A stretch of DNA of 64,000 bases from Alphaproteobacteria bacterium (GCA_965205265.1 CBDBGH010000003.1:1216001-1280000), one strand, 5' to 3'. Counted from the stretch's first letter, positions 53,055-62,876 are shown. The notes: generated by a model not told the origin, from the letters alone. Translations and numbers: made by a program.

Positions 53055-53325
53055 GCGGCCGAACTGGATACGATACACGGCAATGTCAACTTACCTTTGT
53101 AAGCCCCACAACTTTCGGCACAGCGCAGGGCCTCTTGCCATATGATTTTGTTATTCAATTACAACAAAAAATCATATCAGACAACACAGGTCAGCTTTGG
53201 ACCATGCGCCGGTAACCCGCCTTTCGGAGACGCATGACAATTTCCGTGGGCTTGAATCAATGATTTTCAACGGAGGCAAAGCGTCGGGTCGGTCCCGGAC
53301 GGCAGGAGTATGCGCCGATTGCCGG

Positions 53326-54261
53326 TTATCCCTCCGGCGCCTTTTCCTGCGCCGTCGCATCCCATTCGAATTTCGACGCCCGGGCCAGCCGTTCGACGTC
53401 CACCACGCCGGTCAGGCGGCGGCCCTCGACGATCCAGGTCGGGTAGCGCCGGATGTCCTGGACCGTGCAGGCGGCGGTGAGGGGGCCGTTCGGGCCCGAG
53501 GGGGCGCATTCGGTATAGGGCAGCCGTTTGGCGGAGGCGGTGAAGAGCGCCTTCTGCTCCTGGCAGGCCCGGCACCAGTAGGCGCCGTAGAAGCGCGCGC
53601 CGCTTTCCTGCAAATGGGCCGCAAGCGCCTTGAGATAGGGGTCCTCCGGGCCGGCGGCGGGATCGAAGAGGCCGCTGAAATGCAGGTGAAGGCCGAGAAC
53701 CAGCACGAGGGCGGCGCTGACCGGGAACAACAGGGTCCGGCGCCACCCCCGCTCCGGCGGTTGCGAGGGGCGGCGCAGGACCGCGAGCAGGAACAGCAGG
53801 TTCATCAGCGCGAAGGAGGCAAGGCAGTATTCGCAGACCGCCCCGATCTCGAAGACCGATACCAGGGTGAGGAACCAGCTCACCCCGAAGCCGACGCAGG
53901 CGACGAGAAACAGAGGCCCCCATGCCGACGGCCGGCTGCGCAGGCGCCACGCCAGACCGGCAAGAAGCGCGTAGGTAAGCAGGCCCCAGAGCGCCATCGG
54001 CAGGCCGAGCAGGGTGGACCACCGGCTCGACTGCACGATGTCGCACTCCGACTCCGCCCCGCACCAGGCCGGATGCTCGCCGAACCAGGCGACCAGAGTC
54101 AGATAGCCGGTGAGCAGGACGCCGGCTGCCGCCAGGACGAGAATCCCGTTGTCGAGGGACAGTATCGCGCGCGCCGGCGCCCGGGAGGCGGCTGCGGCCG
54201 GCTTCGGGGCAGCCGCGGCCCGGCCGCGGCGGGCGCTCGGTCGTTTGCGCTTTCTGGGCAT
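53326..54261 (-). CDS. VKOR-thioredoxin fusion (disulfide bond formation)
   Basis: C..C loop, SRWS, CEYC in the TM domain; FYGAYWCRACQEQK and YPTW in the Trx-like domain. Confidence 0.88.
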   Translation of the reverse strand: MPRKRKRPSARRGRAAAAPKPAAAASRAPARAILSLDNGILVLAAAGVLLTGYLTLVAWFGEHPAWCGAESECDIVQSSRWSTLLGLPMALWGLLTYALLAGLAWRLRSRPSAWGPLFLVACVGFGVSWFLTLVSVFEIGAVCEYCLASFALMNLLFLLAVLRRPSQPPERGWRRTLLFPVSAALVLVLGLHLHFSGLFDPAAGPEDPYLKALAAHLQESGARFYGAYWCRACQEQKALFTASAKRLPYTECAPSGPNGPLTAACTVQDIRRYPTWIVEGRRLTGVVDVERLARASKFEWDATAQEKAPEG

Positions 54262-54399
54262 CCTGAGCTTCCCGGCTGTGGTCCGTTCCGCCCTTCGGGA
54301 GGGCAATGGGTCCGGGTAGTGGTACGCGGTTGTCGGATGACCTTCAATTCCCCGTATTACCGCTTTGCAAGGCAACGCCGCCGGCGGGGATTGAATTTT

Positions 54400-55100
54400 C
54401 CTGTTTTTGTTCTTGATTTGAACTTGACATCTGGTGGAGTGTGCTACAATGGCCCCGAGGGAAGAGGCATCCGGAGCCGCTTCCCCGGGCGCCGCGCGGC
54501 CGAGCGGCGCCGTTTTTTGAAAACCCGTGAGAAGCCGACGGGAAAGGTGCGCCCTCCGCCTCGCGCGCGCAATCAGGCGCGCAAACCGCGCCGGCGCGAA
54601 ACGCCCGCCCGCGGGCGCAGGCGCCCGCGCTCGGGGTACGCGCGAATCAGGGTCCCGCCGCTCCGGCAAACCGGGCGGCGGGGAGAACGGGATGGAGTGG
54701 AACGAAACGGGAGAAAGGAACGACATGCAGGAAGCCGACGGACACGACTTCGAGGAAGGACGAGCCTCATGCCTCAAACGGCTACAGCATATGCCTCGTT
54801 CGCATGCGGATCATGACATCGCATGACATGCCGTAACGACCCGGGATACAGGCGCGTCGCCCCTTTGTGTCGCCCCGGCCTCCGAGCCCACCGGATTCGC
54901 ACATCGCCCCGGCCGTCCTCCGCGTCCATTTCCCCCTCATCCCGAGTAGCGGCGTCAGCCTCGTATCGAGGGACGGCGGCTTCCTCCGGAAACCCATCCC
55001 TTCGGCGGGCTCAGGACAGACCTATGCCCGAACCAGAGACTGCATATACGCCGCTCGCATGCGGAACATGACATCGCATGACACAACATGACATCGCATT
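54400..55100 (+). repeat. Dispersed promoter-bearing element, copy B
   Basis: TTGACA...TACAAT at 54424-54450; blocks shared with 7560-8340; tandem ATGACATCGCATGACA units. Confidence 0.8.
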
Positions 55101-55138
55101 GGAGTGGGCCCCATGGGCAGGACAGTTTCGAGCGGCGT

Positions 55139-56143
55139 TCAGCCTGTCCCCGGGGCCGAAGGGGCGCCCGCCCGCCGCCGGCGGCCGCCTTGCGCAAGCT
55201 GCTTCTCGCGCCAATAGACATAGATGCCGGAGCCGGCGATGAGCGTGCAGCCGAGCAGCACCCAGTGGTCGGGCAAGTGGTCGAACACCAGCCAGCCGAG
55301 CAGGATGGCGGAGGGGAGCGCCACATATTCGAAGGGCGCCAGCGTCGCTGCGTCGGCCAGCCTGTATGCCTGGGTCAGCGAATAGGCGATGAAGCCGGAG
55401 AGGCCGCCCAGCAGCACGAACAGCAGCCAGTGCTCCCATGTCGGCCAGACCCAGGCGCGGAACAGGAACAGCCAGGTCTTGTTCTCCATGCCCTCGGCGA
55501 AGCGGCCGTCGCCGGCGACGGCGAAGAAGCCGAGGCTGACGGTGATGAACATGACCTGGATATAGGCCGCCATGGCCGAGGCCGGCGCGCTCGCCCGGAG
55601 CTTCCGCGTCAGGATCTGCATGGTGGCGTAGGCGAGCGCCGCCGCCATCGGCAGCAGCAGGGTCCACCGGTCCGGGGCGTGTTCGAGCTCGCCCGTTCCG
55701 GGCCGGAGCATGACCAGCACGCCGAGGAACCCGACCGCGACGGCGGAAAACCGCCTGATGCCGACCTTCTCGCCGAGGAAGGGAATGGAAAGCAGCGTGA
55801 TGAGCAGAGGGGCGACGAAGAAGAGCGCCGTCACGTCGGCCAGCGGCGCCGACGCCAGCGCGCCGAAGAAGGCGAGATTCGCCAGGACCATGCAGAGGCC
55901 GCGCGCGATATGGGCGGCGGGGCGCCCGGTGCGAAGCGCCCTCAAGCCCCCCTCGAATTGCAGCACGGCAAGGCTGAACAGCAGCGCCACGATTGCGCGC
56001 ACGAACACGATCTCGTGCAGCGGGTAGCGGTCCGAGAGCGCCTTGACGATGGAATCGTTGATGGTGATGACCACCATGCCGAGGCAGATCATGGCGATGC
56101 CCAGGCGGGGATCGTTCGCCGGTCGAAACGCTCTGCCAGCCAT
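55139..56143 (-). CDS. DMT/EamA family transporter
   Basis: About 10 TM segments; LGEKVGIRR, LAPFEY. Confidence 0.9.
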   Translation of the reverse strand: MAGRAFRPANDPRLGIAMICLGMVVITINDSIVKALSDRYPLHEIVFVRAIVALLFSLAVLQFEGGLRALRTGRPAAHIARGLCMVLANLAFFGALASAPLADVTALFFVAPLLITLLSIPFLGEKVGIRRFSAVAVGFLGVLVMLRPGTGELEHAPDRWTLLLPMAAALAYATMQILTRKLRASAPASAMAAYIQVMFITVSLGFFAVAGDGRFAEGMENKTWLFLFRAWVWPTWEHWLLFVLLGGLSGFIAYSLTQAYRLADAATLAPFEYVALPSAILLGWLVFDHLPDHWVLLGCTLIAGSGIYVYWREKQLAQGGRRRRAGAPSAPGTG

Positions 56144-56278
56144 AGGCGGGAAACCCTCGAACCCCGGACGGAACGCCGCCGCCCGGCGGCGGGAATCATA
56201 GGGACATCCGGCCGCGCCCGGCAACGGGGAAGTTGGGCGCGCCCGGTCCGCGCCGCCGGCGGCGCCGGGGGGCGTCCT

Positions 56279-57220
56279 TCAGTCGATATGCAGCACGGCC
56301 TTGCCGGGGAAGCGGCGCCCGATCAGGTCGTCGGCGGTGCGCGCGACCTCGCTCCAGGACGCCTCGCGCTCGATGGCGGTGTCGAGACGGCCCTGCGCCA
56401 CGAGGCCGAGCAGGCGGGCGAGATGGTCGCGCGGCGGGGCGGTCTCGCTCTTGTAGTAGAGGTGGAAGCCGAGGATGCGTGCGAGGCCGCGGGTCATGAA
56501 ATCCCCGATGGCGACGGAGATCGCGGGCGCGGCCGTGACGCCGTAGCAGACCGCGAGTCCTTCCCGGCCGAGCGCGCGCACGCCGGCTTCCAGGATCGGC
56601 CCGGCGACGCCGTCCACCACCAGCCGGTAGGGGCCCGCCGCCTCGATGCCGCTGCCGTCCGCGCTGACGATGACCGTGCCGAGGCCGATCCGGTCGGCGA
56701 AGGCGCGCTGGTCCTCGCGCCGGACCTGGCTCAACACCTCCGCCCCGCCGATGCGCGCGAGCTGGGCCGCGAACAGCCCGACGCCGCCCGTAGCCCCGGT
56801 GACCAGCACCCGCGCGCCGATCAGGCAGTCGCCCGCGTCGATGGAGTGCAGCGCCGTGAGGCCCGCGACGGGCAGCGTCGCCGCGGCGGCGTTGCTTACC
56901 CCGTCCGGTATGGGGCAGAGATAGGAGCCGGGGATCGGCGCGCGCTCTGCCCAGCCCTCCATGCGCGGCGAGAAGCCGACGACGCGCGCGCCCTCCGGCG
57001 GGCCGGAGCCGTCGGCCGCGGCCGTCTCGACGGTGCCCGCAATGTCCCAGCCGATGCGGATGGGCCGGTCCGCGCGCTCGGCGCGGCGCACCTCGCCGCG
57101 ATTGAGCGAGAAGGCCGAGATGCGCACCAGCGCCTCGTTGGAAAAGGGCGGCCGCTCCTCGACCTCTGCGACTTCAAGCCGCTCCGGGCTTCCCGGAACG
57201 GTGCGGACGGCGCGGATCAT
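56279..57220 (-). CDS. MDR-family (quinone oxidoreductase-like) dehydrogenase
   Basis: SLNRGE, LPVAGLTA, TGATGGVG, GKAVL. Confidence 0.85.
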   Translation of the reverse strand: MIRAVRTVPGSPERLEVAEVEERPPFSNEALVRISAFSLNRGEVRRAERADRPIRIGWDIAGTVETAAADGSGPPEGARVVGFSPRMEGWAERAPIPGSYLCPIPDGVSNAAAATLPVAGLTALHSIDAGDCLIGARVLVTGATGGVGLFAAQLARIGGAEVLSQVRREDQRAFADRIGLGTVIVSADGSGIEAAGPYRLVVDGVAGPILEAGVRALGREGLAVCYGVTAAPAISVAIGDFMTRGLARILGFHLYYKSETAPPRDHLARLLGLVAQGRLDTAIEREASWSEVARTADDLIGRRFPGKAVLHID

Positions 57221-57334
57221 GGCGATACCTCCAGTCGATTGCATCCATGGGTTGAACTCTCACGACCTTCGCAGACGACCGAATGCAAGGTCGGTCCCAG
57301 ACTTTCCGGTCCGGCAAGTACAGCTTCCAGACGA

Positions 57335-57721
57335 CTATCGCGCGCCGATCCGGACCAAGCGGCTACGGAACCAGCAGGCCAATTCCTCGTAGCCAATCAT
57401 GCCAGATGCAGCATCGACGAAGGTGTCCGCAATAGCTTCGTCGCTCTCAACGAGCTCATAGCCGCTTCTCTGGACCATCAATTCCACCAGATAGAGTGCC
57501 GTCCGTTTGTTCCCATCCGCAAATCCATGATTGGACACGACTCCATGCACCAAGGCAGCGGCCTTCTGGTGAATCCGCCGGTGGTAACCGTGGTAGGGAC
57601 GGGCGACAGCAGACCGAATCGCGTGCTCGTTGACGATTCCCGCAGCCCCACCGAATTTGAGCGCTTCCTCGTGGCCGCGAATGGCATCGGCCCAGGTAAC
57701 GCGGTAGTGCCGTTTACCGAT
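57335..57721 (-). CDS. Doc-type Fic toxin (no canonical start codon)
   Basis: HGFADGNKRT Doc motif; open frame from ATC at 57721 reading IGKRHYRVTWADAI...KAAALVH. Confidence 0.72.
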   Translation of the reverse strand: MGKRHYRVTWADAIRGHEEALKFGGAAGIVNEHAIRSAVARPYHGYHRRIHQKAAALVHGVVSNHGFADGNKRTALYLVELMVQRSGYELVESDEAIADTFVDAASGMIGYEELACWFRSRLVRIGAR

Positions 57722-57893
57722 TTGCGAGAACCTGCATGGCTTTTCGGCGCTTTACCGAAGTTTGCTTGATGATTTTCTCGGAAGTAAGCGTCGCACGCTG
57801 CTTCGGACAGGCTGAAACACCCGAATGCGTTTGCGATTCCATTCGACTGGCTGTCGCGATTTGCTTGTTCTGACTGTTCTGCTTCTGAGCCAT
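57714..57893 (-). CDS. Putative antitoxin (59 aa)
   Basis: Overlaps the Doc 5' end; C-terminal IIKQTSVKRRKAMQVLANR resembles Doc-neutralising helices. Confidence 0.55.
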   Translation of the reverse strand: MAQKQNSQNKQIATASRMESQTHSGVSACPKQRATLTSEKIIKQTSVKRRKAMQVLANR

Positions 57894-57952
57894 CGGAAAA
57901 CCTTTCAAGCCTACAAATAGGGAGCTCAATATCCAATCATAACAGGATGAGT

Positions 57953-58933
57953 TCATACCTCCAGCAGGACCTTGCCCCAGGTGCGCCGGGAGGCGAGCGC
58001 GCGCAGCGCCGCCGGCAGGTCGTCGAATGCGTAGCGGGCGGAGATCACGGGGTCGATCTCGCCGCGCGCCAGCATGGCGTAGCAGTCCGCCACGACCTCA
58101 TGGGTGTATTCGGGGTGGCTCCTGAAAAAGCCGCCCCAGATGGCGCCGACCGCTGAGGCGTTCTTGAGCAGCAGGCGGTTGGCGGCGATCTGCTGGATGG
58201 CGCCGCCGGCGAAGCCGATGATGAGCGCGCGGCCCTCGACCGCGATGACCTTGAGCGCAAGATTGAAGACCTCGCCCCCGACGGGGTCGAAGATGACGTC
58301 CGCGCCGCGCCCGCCGGTCGCCTCGCGCACGGCCTCGACCCAGCCCTCGTCGGTGTAGTCGAGCGCGAGTTCGGCCCCGTGGGCGCGGCAGACGGCGAGC
58401 TTCTCCTCACTGCCGGCAAGCGCGATGACATGCGCGCCCCAGGCCCTGCCGATCTGGATCGCGGCCAGCCCGGAGCCGCCCGCGCCCGCCGTCACCAGCA
58501 GCCACTCGCCGGCCTTCAGCCCGCCGCGCCGGCCGAGCGCGATATGGCCGGTCGGATAGACCACCGGCACGCAGGCGGCGCGGTCCATCGCCACGCCGTC
58601 CGGGATCGGGTTGATCTGCAGGTCGTCCACCACGGCATATTCGGCGAAGGCGCCCCAATAGGGCTGGGCGGCGACGCGCTGGCCGACCCTGCAGTTCGAG
58701 CCGGGGCCGACGGCCGCGACCTCGCCGGACAGCTCGCAGCCGGGCGTGAACGGGAAGTCCGGCTTCATCTGGTATTTGCCCTGGACCATCAGGATGTCGA
58801 GGAAGTTGAGCGCGGCGTGGCGGACCCTGACCAGCGCCTGGCCCGGCCCCGGCTCCGGGCGCGCCACGGTTTCGAACGCCATGTCCTCGGGCTCGCAGAA
58901 TTCGCGCACCCGCCATGCCTGCATCTGGCTCAT
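57953..58933 (-). CDS. NADPH:quinone oxidoreductase family
   Basis: LNFLD..GKYQ, PFTPG, DPVGG, IGFAGG. Confidence 0.88.
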   Translation of the reverse strand: MSQMQAWRVREFCEPEDMAFETVARPEPGPGQALVRVRHAALNFLDILMVQGKYQMKPDFPFTPGCELSGEVAAVGPGSNCRVGQRVAAQPYWGAFAEYAVVDDLQINPIPDGVAMDRAACVPVVYPTGHIALGRRGGLKAGEWLLVTAGAGGSGLAAIQIGRAWGAHVIALAGSEEKLAVCRAHGAELALDYTDEGWVEAVREATGGRGADVIFDPVGGEVFNLALKVIAVEGRALIIGFAGGAIQQIAANRLLLKNASAVGAIWGGFFRSHPEYTHEVVADCYAMLARGEIDPVISARYAFDDLPAALRALASRRTWGKVLLEV

Positions 58934-59002
58934 GCAACCGGCTCCCGACGGCTTCCGGAATAGTGGGGCAATCGATAGCGCCTTTGCCCCCGGCGCGCCA
59001 GT

Positions 59003-59986
59003 TCAGCCGAGCCAGGCGCGGCAGCCGGTCGCCTCCAGCACGGGATCGAGTGCGGCGCGGTCGGCCAGCGCGGCATATTTCTCCCTGAGCGCGCGGAGCG
59101 AGCGGGCATGGTAGCGCTGCGGCGCCTGCGTCCAGCGCCCGCCCGCGATATCGACGGCGAAGCTCTCCGCGCCGTCGGCGATGGCGCGGGCATTGGCGTC
59201 CGACCAGGGCAGGAACCGCGCGCCGACTTCCTCGGCAAGCAGCGGCTCGAGCGTCGGCGCGAGCGTATCCCAGGACTCGAACGGGCCCTCGTTCGCCGGG
59301 TCCTGCATCCGCCGGCACCAGTCTTGCGTGCGGGGCGGCACGAGGCGGCTGCCGGTCGGGTCGGTCCAGGCTTCCCAGATCTGGGCGGCGATGCCGAAAT
59401 CCGCGAAAGCCGGCCGCGCGCCGAACAGGTAGCGGCGGCCCTCCAGATGGGCTTCCAGCAGTTCCAGCTGGCGGGCGAAGGAGGCCTCGATGATCGGCGC
59501 CGTCTCCGGCGAGGAGCCGACGAAGCTCACACGCGGCACCATGCGCTCCCGCACGGCCCGCGCGCGTTCGGCCACCGCCTCCTCGTCGGCGTCCGGCAGC
59601 ATGGAGCGGGCGATGCGCTCCGCTGCCGAGACCCGGTCGGCCTCGTCGCGCCAGCGATAGTGGAACATGTGCTTGTTGCCCCACTCGTCGCCATATTCCT
59701 CCAGCAGCGCGGAGAGGAAGGCGAGCATCGGGTCCCCGGGCTGGGTCGCGGGCTCGGGGAAGGCCGCCTCGAACCGTTCCATGATGGGCGTCGAGTCCTG
59801 GATGCCCTCGCTCTCCGGCGTAATGACCAGCGGCACCAGCGGCAGCCGCGCATGGGCCTCGTATTCGGCCCGGTTTGCGGGCGTGCGCGTCAGCCAGTCA
59901 TGCGCGATGCCCTTGTAGCGGAACCACGCGCGGACCTTGACCGAATAGGGCGAAAGCTCCGAACCGAAAATGCGATAGCGCGCCAC
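59003..59986 (-). CDS. Glutathione S-transferase family protein
   Basis: SPYSVKVR, QDSTPI, YLFGARPAFADF. Confidence 0.85.
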   Translation of the reverse strand: MARYRIFGSELSPYSVKVRAWFRYKGIAHDWLTRTPANRAEYEAHARLPLVPLVITPESEGIQDSTPIMERFEAAFPEPATQPGDPMLAFLSALLEEYGDEWGNKHMFHYRWRDEADRVSAAERIARSMLPDADEEAVAERARAVRERMVPRVSFVGSSPETAPIIEASFARQLELLEAHLEGRRYLFGARPAFADFGIAAQIWEAWTDPTGSRLVPPRTQDWCRRMQDPANEGPFESWDTLAPTLEPLLAEEVGARFLPWSDANARAIADGAESFAVDIAGGRWTQAPQRYHARSLRALREKYAALADRAALDPVLEATGCRAWLG

Positions 59987-60199
59987 GGAAGCGGCCTCCC
60001 TGCTGAGGTGCCGGACCATGCCAGCGAGTCCCGCTGCCGGGCAAGGCGCGCCGCAGGTTGTCCTTGTTGCTCACGAAGCGGCGAATTCGAGCAACAACCG
60101 CATTTGTCGCTCATAGATAAACGACAAACGGCTTTGTTGCTCACGAAACGGCGAATCCGAGCGACAAAGCGGGGCGACCGGTAGGGCGGCCCGTTACCG

Positions 60200-61551
60200 C
60201 TACGCGTCGTCCGCATAGGGGTTGGCGGCGGCGCGGAGCAGGATGCGGATGGGCACGCCCGGCAGGTCGAAATCGCGCCGGAGGCCGTTGGCGAGATAGC
60301 GGACATAGGACTCCGGCACCGCCGAGGGGCGCGACCCGAAAATCGCCACGGTCGGCGGCCGGCGCTTGATCTGGGCGGCATAGCGCAGCTTGAGGCGCCT
60401 GCCCTTGACGATGGGCGGCGGATGCGCCTCCAGCGCCTCCTGGAGCCAGCGGTTGAGGGCGCCCGTCGGGATGCGCCGGCTCCAGACCTCGCGGCTTTCG
60501 AACGCCGTGCGGACCAGCCGGTCGATGCCGCGCCCGGTGGCGGCGGAGACCGTGAGCAGCGGTACATTGCGCACCTGCGGCAGCGAGGTCTCGATCCGGT
60601 CCCGCAACGCGCCCAGCGCCTCCGGGGCATCGCGAACGAGGTCCCACTTGTTCGCCGCAAGCACCAGCGCCCGGCCTTCCTCGATCGTCCGGGCGGCGAT
60701 GGCGAGGTCCTGGCGCTCCAGCCCGTCGGCGGCGTCCAGCATCAGCACGACCACTTCGGCGAAGCGGATGGCGCGGTCGGTATCCGCCGCCGAGAGCCGC
60801 TCGATCCGGTCCTGCACGCGGGCGCGGCGGCGCAGCCCGGCCGTATCCACCAGGCGCACGGGCCGGCCCTTCCAGGCCCAGTCCACGGCGATGGCGTCGC
60901 GCGTCACGCCGGCTCCGGCCCGGTCAGCAGGCGGTCCTCGCCGAGCAGCCGGTTGATGAGCGTCGATTTGCCCACATTCGGCCGGCCCACAATGGCGAGC
61001 CGGAGCGGGCCTTCGGTCTCGTCATCGTCGTCTTCGTCCTCTTCCGGGACGGGCGCTTCGATGAAGGGTGCGAGCGCCTCGTAAAGCCCCGCGAGCCCCT
61101 CGCCATGCTCAGCCGAAATCGCGACCGGCGCGCCGAAGCCGAGCTCATAGGCTTCGAAGGCGCCGTCCATGCCGCGCCCGGACTCCGCCTTGTTCGCCGC
61201 TAGCACGACCGGCGCGGGTCCCCGCCTGAGCCAGGCGGCGAAATGCCGGTCCAGCGCCGTCACCCCGGCGCGCGCATCGACCAGGAAGAGCGCGGCATCG
61301 GCATCGGCGAGCGCCGCCTCGGTCTGGCGGCGCATGGCGCCTTCGAGCGCGTCCGCCGGCGCGTCCTCCAGCCCGGCGGTGTCGATGACCGTGAACGCGA
61401 CGCCGCCAAGCGAAGCTGCGCCCTCGCGGCGGTCGCGCGTCACGCCCGGCCGGTCGTCCACAATCGCCTCGCGCCGGCCGACGAGGCGGTTGAACAGCGT
61501 CGATTTGCCGACATTGGGCCGTCCGACAATGGCGATAACGGCGCCTGGCAT
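60200..61551 (-). CDS. der: Ribosome biogenesis GTPase Der, with an apparent 1-nt frameshift near 60910
   Basis: Two GRPNVGKS G-domains, DTAG, NKWD, KH-like tail; frame break in GPE(A)GVTRD. Confidence 0.9.
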
Positions 61552-61556
61552 GGCGG

Positions 61557-62876
61557 TCAGCGGTAAGCGGTCAACACACCGTCGTCGTCGAGCAGCAGCA
61601 ATGTCCGGGCCGCGACGACGGGCGCCAGGCGGTGAGGCCGTCCGGTATCGAGCGTTAGGCCCTTCTTCCCCGTCTCCGGGTCGAGGAAGACGATCTCGCC
61701 ATGCGAACCCGCCAGCACCAGCCGCCCGCCCGCCAGCACCGGGCCGGCCCATTCGATGCGGCCCGTGCGGTCCTCCTCGTCTTCGTAGCGCGCAAGCGGC
61801 ATGACCCAGCGCAGCTTGCCTGTCTCGGCCTCCGCCGCCACGATCTCGCCCCGTTCCGTTACGGCGAACAGGTGGGAGCCGGCCAGCCACGGCATGTGCA
61901 GGCCGCCGAACTCCGCGCTCCAGACCCGGCGGCCGCTTCGCATGTCTATAGCGCCGGCGCGGCCGGTATTGCTGAGCGCGAAGAGCCGTCCGTCATGAAC
62001 CACCGGCGCGGCCTGGACATCGGCCAGCGCCGCCACGAAATCCGCCCGGCGGGCCACGGTGAGATTGTCGGACCAGAGTTCGCGCCCGGTCTCGGTCTTC
62101 AGCGCCACGATCTCGCCCGAGGAATAAGCGGAAACGGCTGCGCCCTGTGCGACCGCCGGGCCCGCGCCGCCGAGGAGCGCCGTCTGCTCCGCCACGGAAT
62201 CATGGGTCCAGAGAGTGCCGCCGTCGCCGGTGTCGAGGGCATGGGTCTTGTTGTCGAGTGTGGCGACGAAGAGCCGGTTGCCTTCTACCGCCGGCGCGCC
62301 GCGCGCCGGAGCCGACAGCGGCCGGCGCCATATAACGGCTCCGGAGGACGCGTCGATCGCCAGCGCTTCGCCGTAGCCTGTCGCTGCGAAAAGGCGGCCT
62401 CCGGCAAAGGCCACGCCGCCGCCTGTCGATTCTTCCTCGCTTTCGGGCCGGGTCCCGACCGACCAAAGCTCTCTGCCGTCCTGCAGGCCGAAAGCGCTGA
62501 CCCTGCCGACGGCGTCCATGGCATAGACCCGGCCGTCGGCGACGACAGGCTGCGCCGTCACGCGGCGGCCCTCGCCGGAGCCGTCGCCGACGGAGCGGGA
62601 CCACGCCGGACGGGAGACGGAACCGAGCGCCGGGTGGCCGATGGCGTGGAAAGGCGCGCCGCCGGCCTGGGGCCAGTCGGCATTGGCATCCTGCTCGGGC
62701 AGGTCCATGGGGCGCGCCGCCGCCTCGGGGTCGCCCCTGAGCGCGCGATCCAGCGAAAGCACGGCGATGCGGTCGCCGGGGAGCGGCGGGTCTTCGGAGG
62801 CGCCGAACCAGCTGTCCGACTCGCAGCCGGCGAGCAGGAATGCGCCCCCGATCGCCAGAAGCAGCGCCCGTCTCAT
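61557..62876 (-). CDS. bamB: Outer membrane assembly lipoprotein BamB (PQQ-like beta-propeller)
   Basis: Lipobox LAGC, repeated G..W propeller blades, position between the TPR gene and der. Confidence 0.8.
   Translation of the reverse strand: MRRALLLAIGGAFLLAGCESDSWFGASEDPPLPGDRIAVLSLDRALRGDPEAAARPMDLPEQDANADWPQAGGAPFHAIGHPALGSVSRPAWSRSVGDGSGEGRRVTAQPVVADGRVYAMDAVGRVSAFGLQDGRELWSVGTRPESEEESTGGGVAFAGGRLFAATGYGEALAIDASSGAVIWRRPLSAPARGAPAVEGNRLFVATLDNKTHALDTGDGGTLWTHDSVAEQTALLGGAGPAVAQGAAVSAYSSGEIVALKTETGRELWSDNLTVARRADFVAALADVQAAPVVHDGRLFALSNTGRAGAIDMRSGRRVWSAEFGGLHMPWLAGSHLFAVTERGEIVAAEAETGKLRWVMPLARYEDEEDRTGRIEWAGPVLAGGRLVLAGSHGEIVFLDPETGKKGLTLDTGRPHRLAPVVAARTLLLLDDDGVLTAYR

Larger units (their letters stand above)
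51771..53107 (-). mobile_element. Non-autonomous TIR/TSD-bounded element carrying only tnpB
   Basis: TIRs GGGCCTTACAAAGATGAGTTGAC / GGGGCTTACAAAGGTAAGTTGAC (20/23); 8-bp TSD ACAACTTT at 51763-51770 and 53108-53115. Confidence 0.9.
50901..53121 (-). pseudogene. HNH restriction-type endonuclease interrupted near its start by the tnpB element
   Basis: Body 50901-51770 has RDRAF, CAFSG, AAHIRP, NGLAL, HWMFD. The original start GTG CCG AAA GTT lies at 53121-53110; removing the element and one TSD gives MPKVVLTTRIDSVYDDLLEVRYHFP. Confidence 0.85.

Noticed and set aside
54810-55100. ATGACATCGC repeats as a CRISPR array
   Set aside because: Units are too short and irregular, with no repeat-spacer periodicity.
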